A DNA stretch of 45,433 nucleotides from Syntrophales bacterium (GTDB lineage Bacteria; Desulfobacterota; Syntrophia; Syntrophales; UBA8958), in assembly GCA_023231165.1 (NCBI GenBank), contig JALNVY010000002.1, forward strand, positions 1 to 45,433, written 5' to 3'. Positions 16,708-25,607 of this stretch are shown one piece after another. The notes beneath the pieces are model-generated. The model was given only the letters and a program-made list of their open reading frames with translations, had not been told where the DNA came from and made no database searches. The stretch's first letter is position 1. Every line of letters starts with the position of its first letter. Position numbers and translations under genes: made by a program.

Positions 16708-16896
16708 AATACACCTCTAAAGATCGTGGGCTTTCTCCGTGACTTGTCGTAATGTAATCAATTATAGGTTACTTATCAAGGGCAAATTATACCGCTGCCG
16801 CTGCTGTTTCTTTATTAACCCGCAATAATCTTTTAGGATCTCCTGGTAAATCTCCGTTATCTGTGATGCTGGGATTAAAGTATGTAAACGAATAAG

Positions 16897-16911
16897 ATTC
16901 GTATTACGAAT
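16897..16911. promoter_or_regulatory. Candidate operator palindrome ATTCGTA-T-TACGAAT
   Basis: Perfect 7-1-7 inverted repeat in the 307-nt divergent region between the XRE gene and 17015-17569. Confidence 0.4.
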
Positions 16912-17014
16912 AAATAATGGAAAAAAGTTCATGACAACAAAGCAAAATACATGTATAGGAAGTTCAACGGATAAAATATTACGGTTAAAAAGTTAGAAAG
17001 GAGGTGAAACAAGA

Positions 17015-17569
17015 GTGTCGTGTACTGTCGGAAAGAAAAAATGGCGTCGGGAACCCGAATTTGAACGACAGTTCCAGGACGGAAGGAAGCACATTACGTG
17101 CCCCAAGTGTAAGGCCTCCCTTGGGGATGTCTGGGAAGAAAAAGGGCACTGGAAATGGCGTGCGGTATCCAATTTCCGACGCCAGTTCCTGGATGACAGG
17201 CGGCATTTGACCTGTCCCAGATGTTCTCTCCTCCTTGGAGAGGTGTACTGGCTGCCCCCTACCACATGGGATTGGATCAGACATGTCTTCAGCGGCAACA
17301 TGGGCTGGAAGGGCAGGGCGCTTGTATCGCTAATAGCCGGTGTTGTGGTTGCACTGGCGCTTACCATTAGCGTCGTCACTGATCCCCAGGTCGGATACTG
17401 CACCCAAAGAATGGATCTCTCTTTCAGAAATATGTGCGGTAGCGGAGATAAGTCTTTATGGTATTTGTGGATGTTTGGCCTGCCCGTCTCGCTGCTGACG
17501 TATCTGATTATTAGGCCGTGTGCGATGGATAGATGGGGACATTTCCCCTGGTGGTTATATGAGAAGTGA
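17015..17569 (+). CDS. Membrane-anchored protein with duplicated half-zinc-ribbon repeat
   Basis: GTG start with AAGGAGGTG SD. Repeats WRREPEFERQFQDGRKHITCPKCKASLGDVW and WRAVSNFRRQFLDDRRHLTCPRCSLLLGEVYW, then two hydrophobic helices. Confidence 0.6.
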   Translation: MSCTVGKKKWRREPEFERQFQDGRKHITCPKCKASLGDVWEEKGHWKWRAVSNFRRQFLDDRRHLTCPRCSLLLGEVYWLPPTTWDWIRHVFSGNMGWKGRALVSLIAGVVVALALTISVVTDPQVGYCTQRMDLSFRNMCGSGDKSLWYLWMFGLPVSLLTYLIIRPCAMDRWGHFPWWLYEK

Positions 17570-17602
17570 AGGCCGTATCCTTTGGGAGAGCGACCTTTTT
17601 TA

Positions 17603-17932
17603 TCACGCGGCGACGGTCTTCAATGCTCCTTCTAAATAGGCTATCAGCTTACCCATAGCCATATCGTCTATCTCGACAAATCCCTGCACAACCCCTGATA
17701 CGTCGGTCTTTTCGCTTTCTGCCAGATATATTTTCCTTGTCTTCTCTATGCAATCGAAGTCATCAACAGAAAGCAGTATAAGATGTGCCTCCCCCACCCG
17801 CAAGAAGCAGGAGTCGTCTATCTTGACCACCTGAAGGGTTGCATTTTCATAGTCCACATCTTTTTCATAAATAACCAGCAATCCGTTCTCAAGAATTATC
17901 TGTTTGTAAGGCAGTATCCAGTTATTCCCCAT
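17603..17932 (-). CDS. Hypothetical soluble protein downstream of traG
   Basis: 109 aa with GGAGG SD 8 nt upstream. No TM segment and no motif. Confidence 0.6.
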   Translation of the reverse strand: MGNNWILPYKQIILENGLLVIYEKDVDYENATLQVVKIDDSCFLRVGEAHLILLSVDDFDCIEKTRKIYLAESEKTDVSGVVQGFVEIDDMAMGKLIAYLEGALKTVAA

Positions 17933-17975
17933 TAAATTGCCTCCTATTCTCCTTTAATTGCTCAATGTGTTTAGC

Positions 17976-20900
17976 CTATCTCTTTAATGTGCGCAGCCGC
18001 ATGAGTACTGAAGTGACTTCTCCGAATATAGCAAGACCGGTTTCTCCTGCCACTACTGTTCCCTCAGCCTTTTTCTTATCCATTCCTCCTGCCTTAAGCC
18101 CCTCCCTCACGATATGAGATGGCATTCCATCGGTATCCACGCCCGTCTTGTAATTTAGGCGATCATCGTTCCTGTTGCGAACCATCCCCAAGTCACTGCT
18201 TGCGTGCAGAACGGCTCCATCCTTCACGCTCAGAGTGGAAGTTGTCACACCGTCAACGGTTTGTGTCTGCGATGTGATAACATTCTTGTAAGCCCCCGCA
18301 ACAACAGCGCCCGTCATCGGGTTGAGTTGTCTTTCCTTATATCCTTCATGTCCTGCCATCCTTTCGTTAATGACATTGGCGCGTTCTTCTATATAGCCGC
18401 TCTTGACGGACGTCTGATTATTAACTGTTACTGAATGCCCAAAGATATGTTGGTCGGAATCATCGTGTACGTGCGACGTGCCGGTAAGGGTTTTGTGGGT
18501 CCTATCGTCAAGACTCGACGTGCCGGCAAGAGTTTTGTGGGAATCATCGTGTAAACTCGAATCGCCGGTACGAACCCGTGTTCCGGTATCAGTAGATTGA
18601 ACATCCTTTACATTTCTTTCTGCCCCTTGGGTAGCCTGGAGCGACGTTATACGCATACCGTCGGCACTCTTGGCTTTGACTGTATCGCCTACCTTGACAC
18701 GGGTTTCGATCCCCATGTTCTTGAGCTGTTCGTTCAGGGCACTGACATTGTTTTCCCTAACGCCTATATCGACGCCTTGCGCTGACGTCAGCCCTTTATA
18801 ATACTCCGCCCTGCCTTCGCGAGTGTTCATGTCATGACCCGCAAGTTGTCCCATATTGTAAGTTTCCAACGCAGCATAACCATGTTGCAGCTCACCCAGG
18901 GTCATTGCCTCCGCAGCTTTGTTGAACCCCATATCCTTCAAATAGTTTTGTGCACCGAGGTTCTTGGCGGCTTCATACATTTTTCCCGCTTCTACGTTGC
19001 CTGCCAGCGCACTTTCCCATGATCCCCCGGTTACTTTTGCTCGCTCCGTGGCAGCGGCGATGGCGCCGCCCATTTCGCCCTTAGCGCCTGCTGCCGTGGC
19101 ATCATATAGCGTTCTCATGCTCCCGCCTGCGCCGTTTAATTTCCCGCTCTGCGCCGCCATGTTTCCGAATTCATTAATCGCCGCTGTATTTCCAGCCGCT
19201 CCAATATAGCCTTCTGGTCCTCCGGTCAAAGGTATTAGCTCATTCAGCGCCTTTGTTCTCGCCATGTTGCCCATCAGTTGCGCCTGGTATCCCGCCTGGC
19301 TCGATAAGGCCGTGCTTCCCGCCAGGGTCGTGTTTCCCATGCTCATGTTTCCCATGTTCAGGTTACCCATGCCCGCGACCTGCGATCCTGTACTTGTAGC
19401 AGTCGCAGGCGCCGCGCCTCCTCCAACTGCCTGAATGGCTGATGTCATTGCGTAGGCGCCGCCAGAAATGAGGCCCCAGGCTATCGCCGGAACCACAGGA
19501 GAAAGCGAACCGACATAACCCAGAGTAAGCTCAAGCTGATCCGCTACGAGATCCATCGTTTTCAGGGAAGGCGACTTTACGTTTTCCGTAAGGAAAATGT
19601 TGTTCATTACCCGCACAACTTCCTGATCAGCGTAAAGGTTTATAATGACGTAAATCGGTACCCACAGTTGGAGCCAGAGTGCGATTTTGCCATAAAATAT
19701 TACGGCAGACAGCCCGCCAAGCACGAAGAAGAGCGGCAGTAGGGCGGACATGCCGTATATGAGGCCCTCCACAATTGCCCGTGTGGTATGAACTATCGTG
19801 TTGAAAAACTTCGCCGCAGTAAGCCATCCGGAGGTCGTTGCCCGCCTTGATGCCGTCATAGCGGAAGATGTTGGGCTGCCCATGTAGGCGAGATATGTGT
19901 CCACAGAATCCCGTAAGAGGTTCGCAGCGGCAATTGTCTTGAGTATCGTATTGCTGTCTACTGAGCTGTCCGCAAAATATCTTGCCATTACCGCCGATGT
20001 CAGCGCTCCGGTGCCAAGGTTCAGGGCATTTCCCGCCCCGGAAATACTGGATAACCCGGCATTTCCCGATAGTTTCATCTCAATGTCTTTTCTCCATTCC
20101 GGCAAGTAGGAGTTCCATGCCGAGTCTATTTCGTCTATGGCGACGGCGCAGGACGCATACCCCGCATCGTTCGGTGCAAGGATCACCATATTCGGGTCTC
20201 TGTATAAACTGCTTTTGAGATGAGTCATGAGGTCTTCGGTCGTGAATAGCTCGTCCAGACGTGATGTTTTCTCACCTGCGTTGCCGTCAAGAGATGCATA
20301 GTTGGGAAAAACGCATTTGATGTAGTATTCCCGAAGCGACTTCGTAACGAGATGGGCGGACGAAGGCAGACCCGTAGTGCTACTGTTGGGGGGGTATATG
20401 TTCATAAGAGCATCGGTATATTTCGCGCCGAGTGCAATACCGCCGTTCCTGAACTGCAAAGAATCGGGCAGGCTGAACACCGTCTCGAACTCCTTTCCTA
20501 TCGTATCACCGATCGTAGACATCATGTGTGGGATAAACGCGCTCGGAAATGGCACGTTGCCCACTACCTGTGTCTGTGAGGGGTCCACCCGGTCAATGAT
20601 CGACACCGTAGCACTTGGACTCAGGAAGAGGCCGACCGCAACAAAGGCCGTTAATGCGATGGATAGGATCGTGGTAAAGCCCTCGCCTCTATATATGTCC
20701 TTGTTGCCGCCCATCATTCCCATACCGCTGGCACCCAAAAAGGACGACATCGAAATCATTACGCCATACATCAAGGCAAGTAGCAGTCCGATCTTGACCA
20801 GGCTGTGAACGAATCCGCCGCTTGTTATCATGGCGATGCCGTTGAAGATGGTAGCCAGAAAGTCCCCGGAACCATAGGCATAAACCTCGAAAGTACGGCC

Positions 20901-21017
20901 CGTGTCAAACCCGGTAGACTGTGCAAAGGCGGGTGCCGGCGCCAGTAATAGAAGAAAGAGGGTCAGTAAAATTGTCGATGCTATTTTATTGTCGTTATTA
21001 TGAGCCTGATTTGCCAT
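17976..21017 (-). CDS. traG: F-type conjugative mating-pair stabilisation/pilus assembly protein TraG
   Basis: 1013 aa. Signal-like N-terminus and a polytopic TraG_N-like region (aa ~1-560), then a long Gly/Ala/Asn-rich periplasmic C-terminal part. Follows traH as in the F-like order traF-traH-traG. Confidence 0.8.
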   Translation of the reverse strand: MANQAHNNDNKIASTILLTLFLLLLAPAPAFAQSTGFDTGRTFEVYAYGSGDFLATIFNGIAMITSGGFVHSLVKIGLLLALMYGVMISMSSFLGASGMGMMGGNKDIYRGEGFTTILSIALTAFVAVGLFLSPSATVSIIDRVDPSQTQVVGNVPFPSAFIPHMMSTIGDTIGKEFETVFSLPDSLQFRNGGIALGAKYTDALMNIYPPNSSTTGLPSSAHLVTKSLREYYIKCVFPNYASLDGNAGEKTSRLDELFTTEDLMTHLKSSLYRDPNMVILAPNDAGYASCAVAIDEIDSAWNSYLPEWRKDIEMKLSGNAGLSSISGAGNALNLGTGALTSAVMARYFADSSVDSNTILKTIAAANLLRDSVDTYLAYMGSPTSSAMTASRRATTSGWLTAAKFFNTIVHTTRAIVEGLIYGMSALLPLFFVLGGLSAVIFYGKIALWLQLWVPIYVIINLYADQEVVRVMNNIFLTENVKSPSLKTMDLVADQLELTLGYVGSLSPVVPAIAWGLISGGAYAMTSAIQAVGGGAAPATATSTGSQVAGMGNLNMGNMSMGNTTLAGSTALSSQAGYQAQLMGNMARTKALNELIPLTGGPEGYIGAAGNTAAINEFGNMAAQSGKLNGAGGSMRTLYDATAAGAKGEMGGAIAAATERAKVTGGSWESALAGNVEAGKMYEAAKNLGAQNYLKDMGFNKAAEAMTLGELQHGYAALETYNMGQLAGHDMNTREGRAEYYKGLTSAQGVDIGVRENNVSALNEQLKNMGIETRVKVGDTVKAKSADGMRITSLQATQGAERNVKDVQSTDTGTRVRTGDSSLHDDSHKTLAGTSSLDDRTHKTLTGTSHVHDDSDQHIFGHSVTVNNQTSVKSGYIEERANVINERMAGHEGYKERQLNPMTGAVVAGAYKNVITSQTQTVDGVTTSTLSVKDGAVLHASSDLGMVRNRNDDRLNYKTGVDTDGMPSHIVREGLKAGGMDKKKAEGTVVAGETGLAIFGEVTSVLMRLRTLKR
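18458..18580 (-). repeat. About 42-bp in-frame tandem repeat (about 3 copies) in the traG 3' region
   Basis: The DNA units ..CGACGTGCCGGTAAGGGTTTTGTGGG.. are repeated. They encode SSLHDDSHKTLAGT / SSLDDRTHKTLTGT / SHVHDDSDQ. Confidence 0.5.
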
Positions 21018-22395
21018 AGTTCAGCGCCTGATTTATTTTATGGGAAGCATTTGCCGCGACTTTCGCATCTATGCTTGCCATGAAGCTAAGCATAACAGCT
21101 TGCATTTCGAGGCCCTTCGTATATTTCTCAAATAACTCCTGCCTTTCCGCTCGAACCAGCTTTATCTGCTCGGCTATATCCGCATAGTTCTTTCCGCACA
21201 ATGTACCTATCTGGCTTTGACCCCCTTCAAATATCTTGATGTAGTTTTCAATCATTTGCCAAGCCATCATCGCGCCCGCCACATCCGAAGTAAGGTCGAT
21301 GAGTGAATTGGCAAGCTGCTCGGAATACATGAGCGAATTACGAAGCATATACGCCACAGGGGGAATAGGTATAGCGTTTACGAACTCCTGTTCGTCAGAG
21401 GTGAGTGCTGATTTGGACTTGTATTTTGCAAGAATCGACGCCATTTTATCGCGGGTGAGCTTGGCGAATCCGCTGATTGTCGTGCTTTCCGTCGTCACAT
21501 CTTCGCATTTCTCTCCATCTCCAAACCCTCCGGTACCACACTTGACCAACCTTACAGATCCGCCTTGTACAAGGTCCGCAAGCGTCAGGGTAGGAGTCTG
21601 ATAAGAGCAAGAACTCGTCTCATTGTCTGATTTTGTGTACCATGTTCCAAGTACCGAAACTATCTGCTGCTTTTGGGAGTCGCTGAGACCAAACCATTTC
21701 AACGCCTGGACGGTTGCAGCGCCTTGTTTTGCTCCCGTTGTTTTGTTTGCATTTGCATCCGCCGTGTCCTCATCGGAAACCCCTTTGATCTGTTGTCTGA
21801 CATTGGCTTCGTTACCGGAGGCACATTCAAGCCAGCCGGTCACAGGATCGCCGCCGCCCTTCTTCTGCTTGCACGCTTCCAGATCCCACAAACCTGCTCC
21901 GCTTCCGGCAGAGTTGACCAGGGCCTTCGCAGCCATGCAGGAGTCCATATTGAACTTATTAAGCATGTCCATCTTCTCCCGCAGCCACTTGATTACGCTA
22001 TTGCATGTGGGGCAGACAGCCTCAAGACCGAGAGAAAAGGCATAACCGAGGGCGTTCTGACCTATCGACTGCATGAACTGCACAAACTGGTCAGCGTTTA
22101 TGAAAGAAAACGATCCTCCGAAAATATCGATCCCGCCACAACCCGCCTTGATGCTGGGCGCTTTGATTGAAAAAGGTTGTAAGGTGTCTTGCGGCACTCG
22201 CGCCGACAGAGATCCGCCGACGATGAATCCTCTGGTCTGGGCGTCATAAGCGCCAGGCGAGGTGACGTTTACCCTCCCTCCCCATCGTGTAAACATCTCG
22301 TTGAGCGAGGCGTTCAGGTCAGCATTTGCAAGCGATGCAGGGCTAATTATCAGGCTAATTAGAAGCAGACATGCCCATGTTCTCTGTAATGGCAT
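20998..22395 (-). CDS. traH: F-type conjugative transfer protein TraH
   Basis: Start moved to MPLQRTWACLLLISLIISPASLA (signal peptide, AAGGAGG SD). GGIDIFGGSFSFINADQFVQFMQSIGQNALGYAFSLGLEAVCPTC is characteristic of TraH. Confidence 0.85.
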   Translation of the reverse strand: MPLQRTWACLLLISLIISPASLANADLNASLNEMFTRWGGRVNVTSPGAYDAQTRGFIVGGSLSARVPQDTLQPFSIKAPSIKAGCGGIDIFGGSFSFINADQFVQFMQSIGQNALGYAFSLGLEAVCPTCNSVIKWLREKMDMLNKFNMDSCMAAKALVNSAGSGAGLWDLEACKQKKGGGDPVTGWLECASGNEANVRQQIKGVSDEDTADANANKTTGAKQGAATVQALKWFGLSDSQKQQIVSVLGTWYTKSDNETSSCSYQTPTLTLADLVQGGSVRLVKCGTGGFGDGEKCEDVTTESTTISGFAKLTRDKMASILAKYKSKSALTSDEQEFVNAIPIPPVAYMLRNSLMYSEQLANSLIDLTSDVAGAMMAWQMIENYIKIFEGGQSQIGTLCGKNYADIAEQIKLVRAERQELFEKYTKGLEMQAVMLSFMASIDAKVAANASHKINQALNYGKSGS

Positions 22396-23110
22396 AACGA
22401 TAGATCCTCCTTTCAAGCTCCGATAACGGCATATAGCCTGTACCAATTTGCTCGAACCTGTCCGTACCGGGATACGCAAGGTACCACGATGGAACCGTCT
22501 CGACGCCAAGCTTCGCAGCTATCCCGTTATCCGGTCTTGTATTCTCGAACTCCGGCAAGGGCGTGTCAATTGTTACAGGCAATACGACGAAGCCGTCATA
22601 CTTTCGCCTGAATTCCGAGACGACTGCCGCAGAGCGGCGGCAACTGTCACAGCCGGCACTGTAAATGAAAAACAGCCCTGCCTGCGTTCCAAGCCGTGCC
22701 ACGGCATTTTGTATGTCCTCGTTGACCTGCTCGGTTCCGGTAGTCATATATAAGTCGGGATACTTCATAAGCATACGTTGCCAGACGTAGGCGAACTTCT
22801 GGGACATATCCATCGAATTCTTCTGGAATCTCATATAATTTGAGACATTTCCTTCGGTCGGATTCACAAGGGCGTCGCTGAGAAGTCTTTCGCCCTCTTT
22901 TTTGAGAAGCTCGGACGAAAGAGAATCGGTCTTGTTGTCCGGCATGAACGCAGAGGGATTACTATCATAATCAGGTTCCGGTTCAGGATCATGGTAGAAA
23001 AACCACCCTTCGTCATGATTTTCCCACCATTTGGCAGCCACTGTGTCTGAGGTGAACACGGCAAAAACGAGGAATGCAAGCATGAGCGCAGGAATTATTC
23101 TGCTATTCAT
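22355..23110 (-). CDS. traF: F-type TraF-like thioredoxin-fold pilus-assembly protein (retains CxxC)
   Basis: 251 aa with a signal peptide. GWFFYHD, NYMRFQKNS.., GLFFIYSAGCDSCRR..VLPVTID and KLGVETVPSWYL run parallel to F TraF GWQWYNE, KYFRLQNYW, GIMFFYRG..VIPVSVDG and RLGVKYFPAMML. Confidence 0.85.
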   Translation of the reverse strand: MNSRIIPALMLAFLVFAVFTSDTVAAKWWENHDEGWFFYHDPEPEPDYDSNPSAFMPDNKTDSLSSELLKKEGERLLSDALVNPTEGNVSNYMRFQKNSMDMSQKFAYVWQRMLMKYPDLYMTTGTEQVNEDIQNAVARLGTQAGLFFIYSAGCDSCRRSAAVVSEFRRKYDGFVVLPVTIDTPLPEFENTRPDNGIAAKLGVETVPSWYLAYPGTDRFEQIGTGYMPLSELERRIYRYAITENMGMSASN

Positions 23111-23561
23111 AGATTTTCTGGGACTTGGCAGTCTTTAATGTGTTTGCAAGCGCATCGGTCGCGTCCGTCGCGTCACCAGCGAGATGGATATCCTTCAAAA
23201 GGACAAGCTTCTTTCCTCCGCTGCCGAGGCGGGTTATTCCCTGGTCAAGATGAATAAGGAATTGCGACAGATCCTTGTCTGCTGCGGCGATTGTCTCATC
23301 GGTGGGGCTTTTCTTGTAATTTTCAATCAACTCCTTTTTTTTGCCCTCCACAATGCTCTTCACGTCAACCACATACACATCAACGGCGTTAGCTTGAGCG
23401 AACAACCAGCCGCTTGCCGCGCCTGCAGCAAGAGAAGCGACAAGGCAAATGGCCAGATAAATGATGCCCGTCCGATGCGCCGGGGAGGCAGGTTTCGGGA
23501 GGGCAGCCTCAGCAACAAGTGGGGACTGCGATACGTCTTTGTTGTGTTCCATCTTTTCCAT
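23103..23561 (-). CDS. TrbI(F-type)-like inner-membrane-anchored protein
   Basis: 152 aa with one N-terminal TM. VDVYVVDVKSIVEG..., KKLVLLKDIHLAGDATDATDAL resembles F TrbI VTVAFNMKQTVDAF..., AVILVSPAVVQGAPDITREI. Confidence 0.55.
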   Translation of the reverse strand: MEKMEHNKDVSQSPLVAEAALPKPASPAHRTGIIYLAICLVASLAAGAASGWLFAQANAVDVYVVDVKSIVEGKKKELIENYKKSPTDETIAAADKDLSQFLIHLDQGITRLGSGGKKLVLLKDIHLAGDATDATDALANTLKTAKSQKIYE

Positions 23562-23597
23562 TCGATTCCTCCTGTGATCATATTACTTCCAAGGGCC

Positions 23598-23634
23598 AAA
23601 AAAAAACGCCCGGTTCGGAAACCAGGCGTTTTTT
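23598..23634. terminator. Bidirectional intrinsic terminator separating the vWA cluster from the tra block
   Basis: A9-CGCCCGGT-tcggaa-ACCAGGCG-T6 (one mismatch), 4 nt after the vWA gene stop. Confidence 0.65.
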
Positions 23635-23637
23635 AGT

Positions 23638-25554
23638 TCAGGCGGCCCTCCTTTTTTTCAGAAGGGTGTATTTTAACAGACCGTGCAGAGCGTTCGGCAA
23701 CTGCTCAATCTTGGAGATGATCGTCACACTCTCATTGTCGATCCAGGAGGATGTATATTCGAGTGCATGTCCGGAATCACTCAGAAGAACAACATAAAGC
23801 TCAATTCCATGCAACCGCAAAAGAGCAACCGCTTTTTTCGCCTGATCGTCGTCGTTAGGATCGCCATCGGTAAATAGAATGGCGATCCTTCTTGTTTCCA
23901 GGCGGTGAGTCAACATCATCCCTGCCCAGAGAGCAGCCTCGGCCATAGGAGTTCCGCCGTCGGCGTTAATATTAAAGAACTGCTCGGGTCTGCAACGCTC
24001 CTCAAACTCTTTAGCCAGCAAAATGTCGGAGTATGTGTTCCGGTCCTCGCCAGGAAATAGACCAATACAGTGGGTTATTCCCGGAAGGCTTTCCAAGCTG
24101 CGAGATGTAACATACGCAGACTGAACTGCCAGGGAGATGTCTTCTTTCATGGAACCGGATCGGTCAACCAGCAATGCGATTGCCGTATTGACCTTCTCAC
24201 GCTCTCGTCGGGTTAAGAAAACTCTGTTGTCTGGAGTCTGGGTGCCGACCAGGTGGATTGATCGAGAGTCGATCCGGCTTCCCACCATCGACGGATATTT
24301 CTGTTTGAGGCCGATCGCCTGAAACAGACCCGACAACTGGGTCTTCATCTTTGCGGTTTTCCGGCTCTCTTGCGCAAGCAGAGCCTTGAACGCCTCAAAC
24401 ATACCTCTCTGGTGGTAGAGGTTGGGTAAAGATTGTTTTGTGGTTTTTGGTACGTACGCTACCGCGTCGTCGCCTTTTTCCGCAATCTCCTTCACCAGCT
24501 TTTCCTCAAGGGCATCCTTGAGCATTGCGCCCAGGTCAGTTACATCCTCGTCAGGGGGCGGGGTATCCGCCAAACCTTGGAGGTTTTTTAATTGCTGCCG
24601 GATATCAGAGCCAGACGGTGAAGCGTCTCCCTTTCCGTCGTCTCCGCCTTCGTTACCATCCTCATCTTTGTCACTGTCAAACGTGGACTGGGATGACTCT
24701 TCGTCTCCATCTTTATCCTTGTCCATGTCGTTATTCTCAGACTGAGACTCAGAAGGTTCTCCGTCTCCATCTACTTCGGAGTTTCTATCTTCGGCCTTGT
24801 CGGACATAGACTGGGAAGGCTCTTTGTCCGCATCTTCATTCTTGTTCTTGCCGTCCTTATCGGACTGAGATTCAGAAGGTTCTCCATCTCCAACTTCGTC
24901 CTTGTCCTCCTTTTTGTCTTCCGGTTTTTTCGAAGAAGAGGGAAGGGGAGGAGGTGAGGCGACAAGCTGTTTCAGCTTTTCCGCTACGTCTCGGCAATCC
25001 AGAGTGGACCGGCAATCCTTCACCGTGTCCACAATTGCGGCGAATTCGTCACAAAAGGTATCGCCAAACGCAGTGCGGCACGACGCTTCTATGACGATTT
25101 CACGCTTCGCCAAGGCTTGTTGACGAAGAATCCGCGTCCGGGCGCGGGCAGCGGCCCAGACTTGCAGATTTCCTATTAAATGGTCTGTTATTGGGAAACC
25201 GCCCTGCTTAACCACGGCTTCCAGCAACTTCGCAGTGTTGATGACGACACCGGGGTACTTCTCCCCCTGCTGACGCTCTATGCGAACGTCTTCAAGGAGA
25301 TTTAGCCAGCAGTTGCCGCCCACCTCGATGCCGAAGTCTGTCAAGGCGATATGGGCCGCCTCGTGGTCGATATACCCGCGAGCAAGAACCATCGCCTCCT
25401 CGTCGTCTTCCGGCAGGGATGGGATAGTGATGTTCCTCCCGTCTGTGAAGGCGTTGCTGCCTCCGATATTCAACATTATGCCCCGCCTTTCAGCCAGGGC
25501 TTGCATGGCGATCCGAAGACCGCCGATCGACTTTGAAATTCTATTCTTATTCAT
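23638..25554 (-). CDS. vWA-domain protein with N-terminal HExxH module and acidic repeat linker (CobT/DUF2201-like partner of the AAA+)
   Basis: Start at MNKNRISK (GGAGGAG SD). HEAAH at the N-terminal domain. D/E/S/K-rich linker with repeated GDGEPSESQS. C-terminal MIDAS VDRSGSM..GGTPM..FTDGDPND. Confidence 0.8.
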   Translation of the reverse strand: MNKNRISKSIGGLRIAMQALAERRGIMLNIGGSNAFTDGRNITIPSLPEDDEEAMVLARGYIDHEAAHIALTDFGIEVGGNCWLNLLEDVRIERQQGEKYPGVVINTAKLLEAVVKQGGFPITDHLIGNLQVWAAARARTRILRQQALAKREIVIEASCRTAFGDTFCDEFAAIVDTVKDCRSTLDCRDVAEKLKQLVASPPPLPSSSKKPEDKKEDKDEVGDGEPSESQSDKDGKNKNEDADKEPSQSMSDKAEDRNSEVDGDGEPSESQSENNDMDKDKDGDEESSQSTFDSDKDEDGNEGGDDGKGDASPSGSDIRQQLKNLQGLADTPPPDEDVTDLGAMLKDALEEKLVKEIAEKGDDAVAYVPKTTKQSLPNLYHQRGMFEAFKALLAQESRKTAKMKTQLSGLFQAIGLKQKYPSMVGSRIDSRSIHLVGTQTPDNRVFLTRREREKVNTAIALLVDRSGSMKEDISLAVQSAYVTSRSLESLPGITHCIGLFPGEDRNTYSDILLAKEFEERCRPEQFFNINADGGTPMAEAALWAGMMLTHRLETRRIAILFTDGDPNDDDQAKKAVALLRLHGIELYVVLLSDSGHALEYTSSWIDNESVTIISKIEQLPNALHGLLKYTLLKKRRAA

Positions 25555-25572
25555 TTGCTCTCCTCCAAGAAA

Positions 25573-25594
25573 AACGCCCCCTTCCGGAGGCGTT
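25573..25594 (-). terminator. Intra-operon hairpin plus T-tract between the DUF3150-like and vWA genes
   Basis: Minus-sense AACGCC-u-CC-ggaa-GG-g-GGCGUU, followed by UUUUCUU and then directly the GGAGGAG SD of the vWA gene. Confidence 0.45.
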
Positions 25595-25607
25595 TCGGTA
25601 ATTGACG

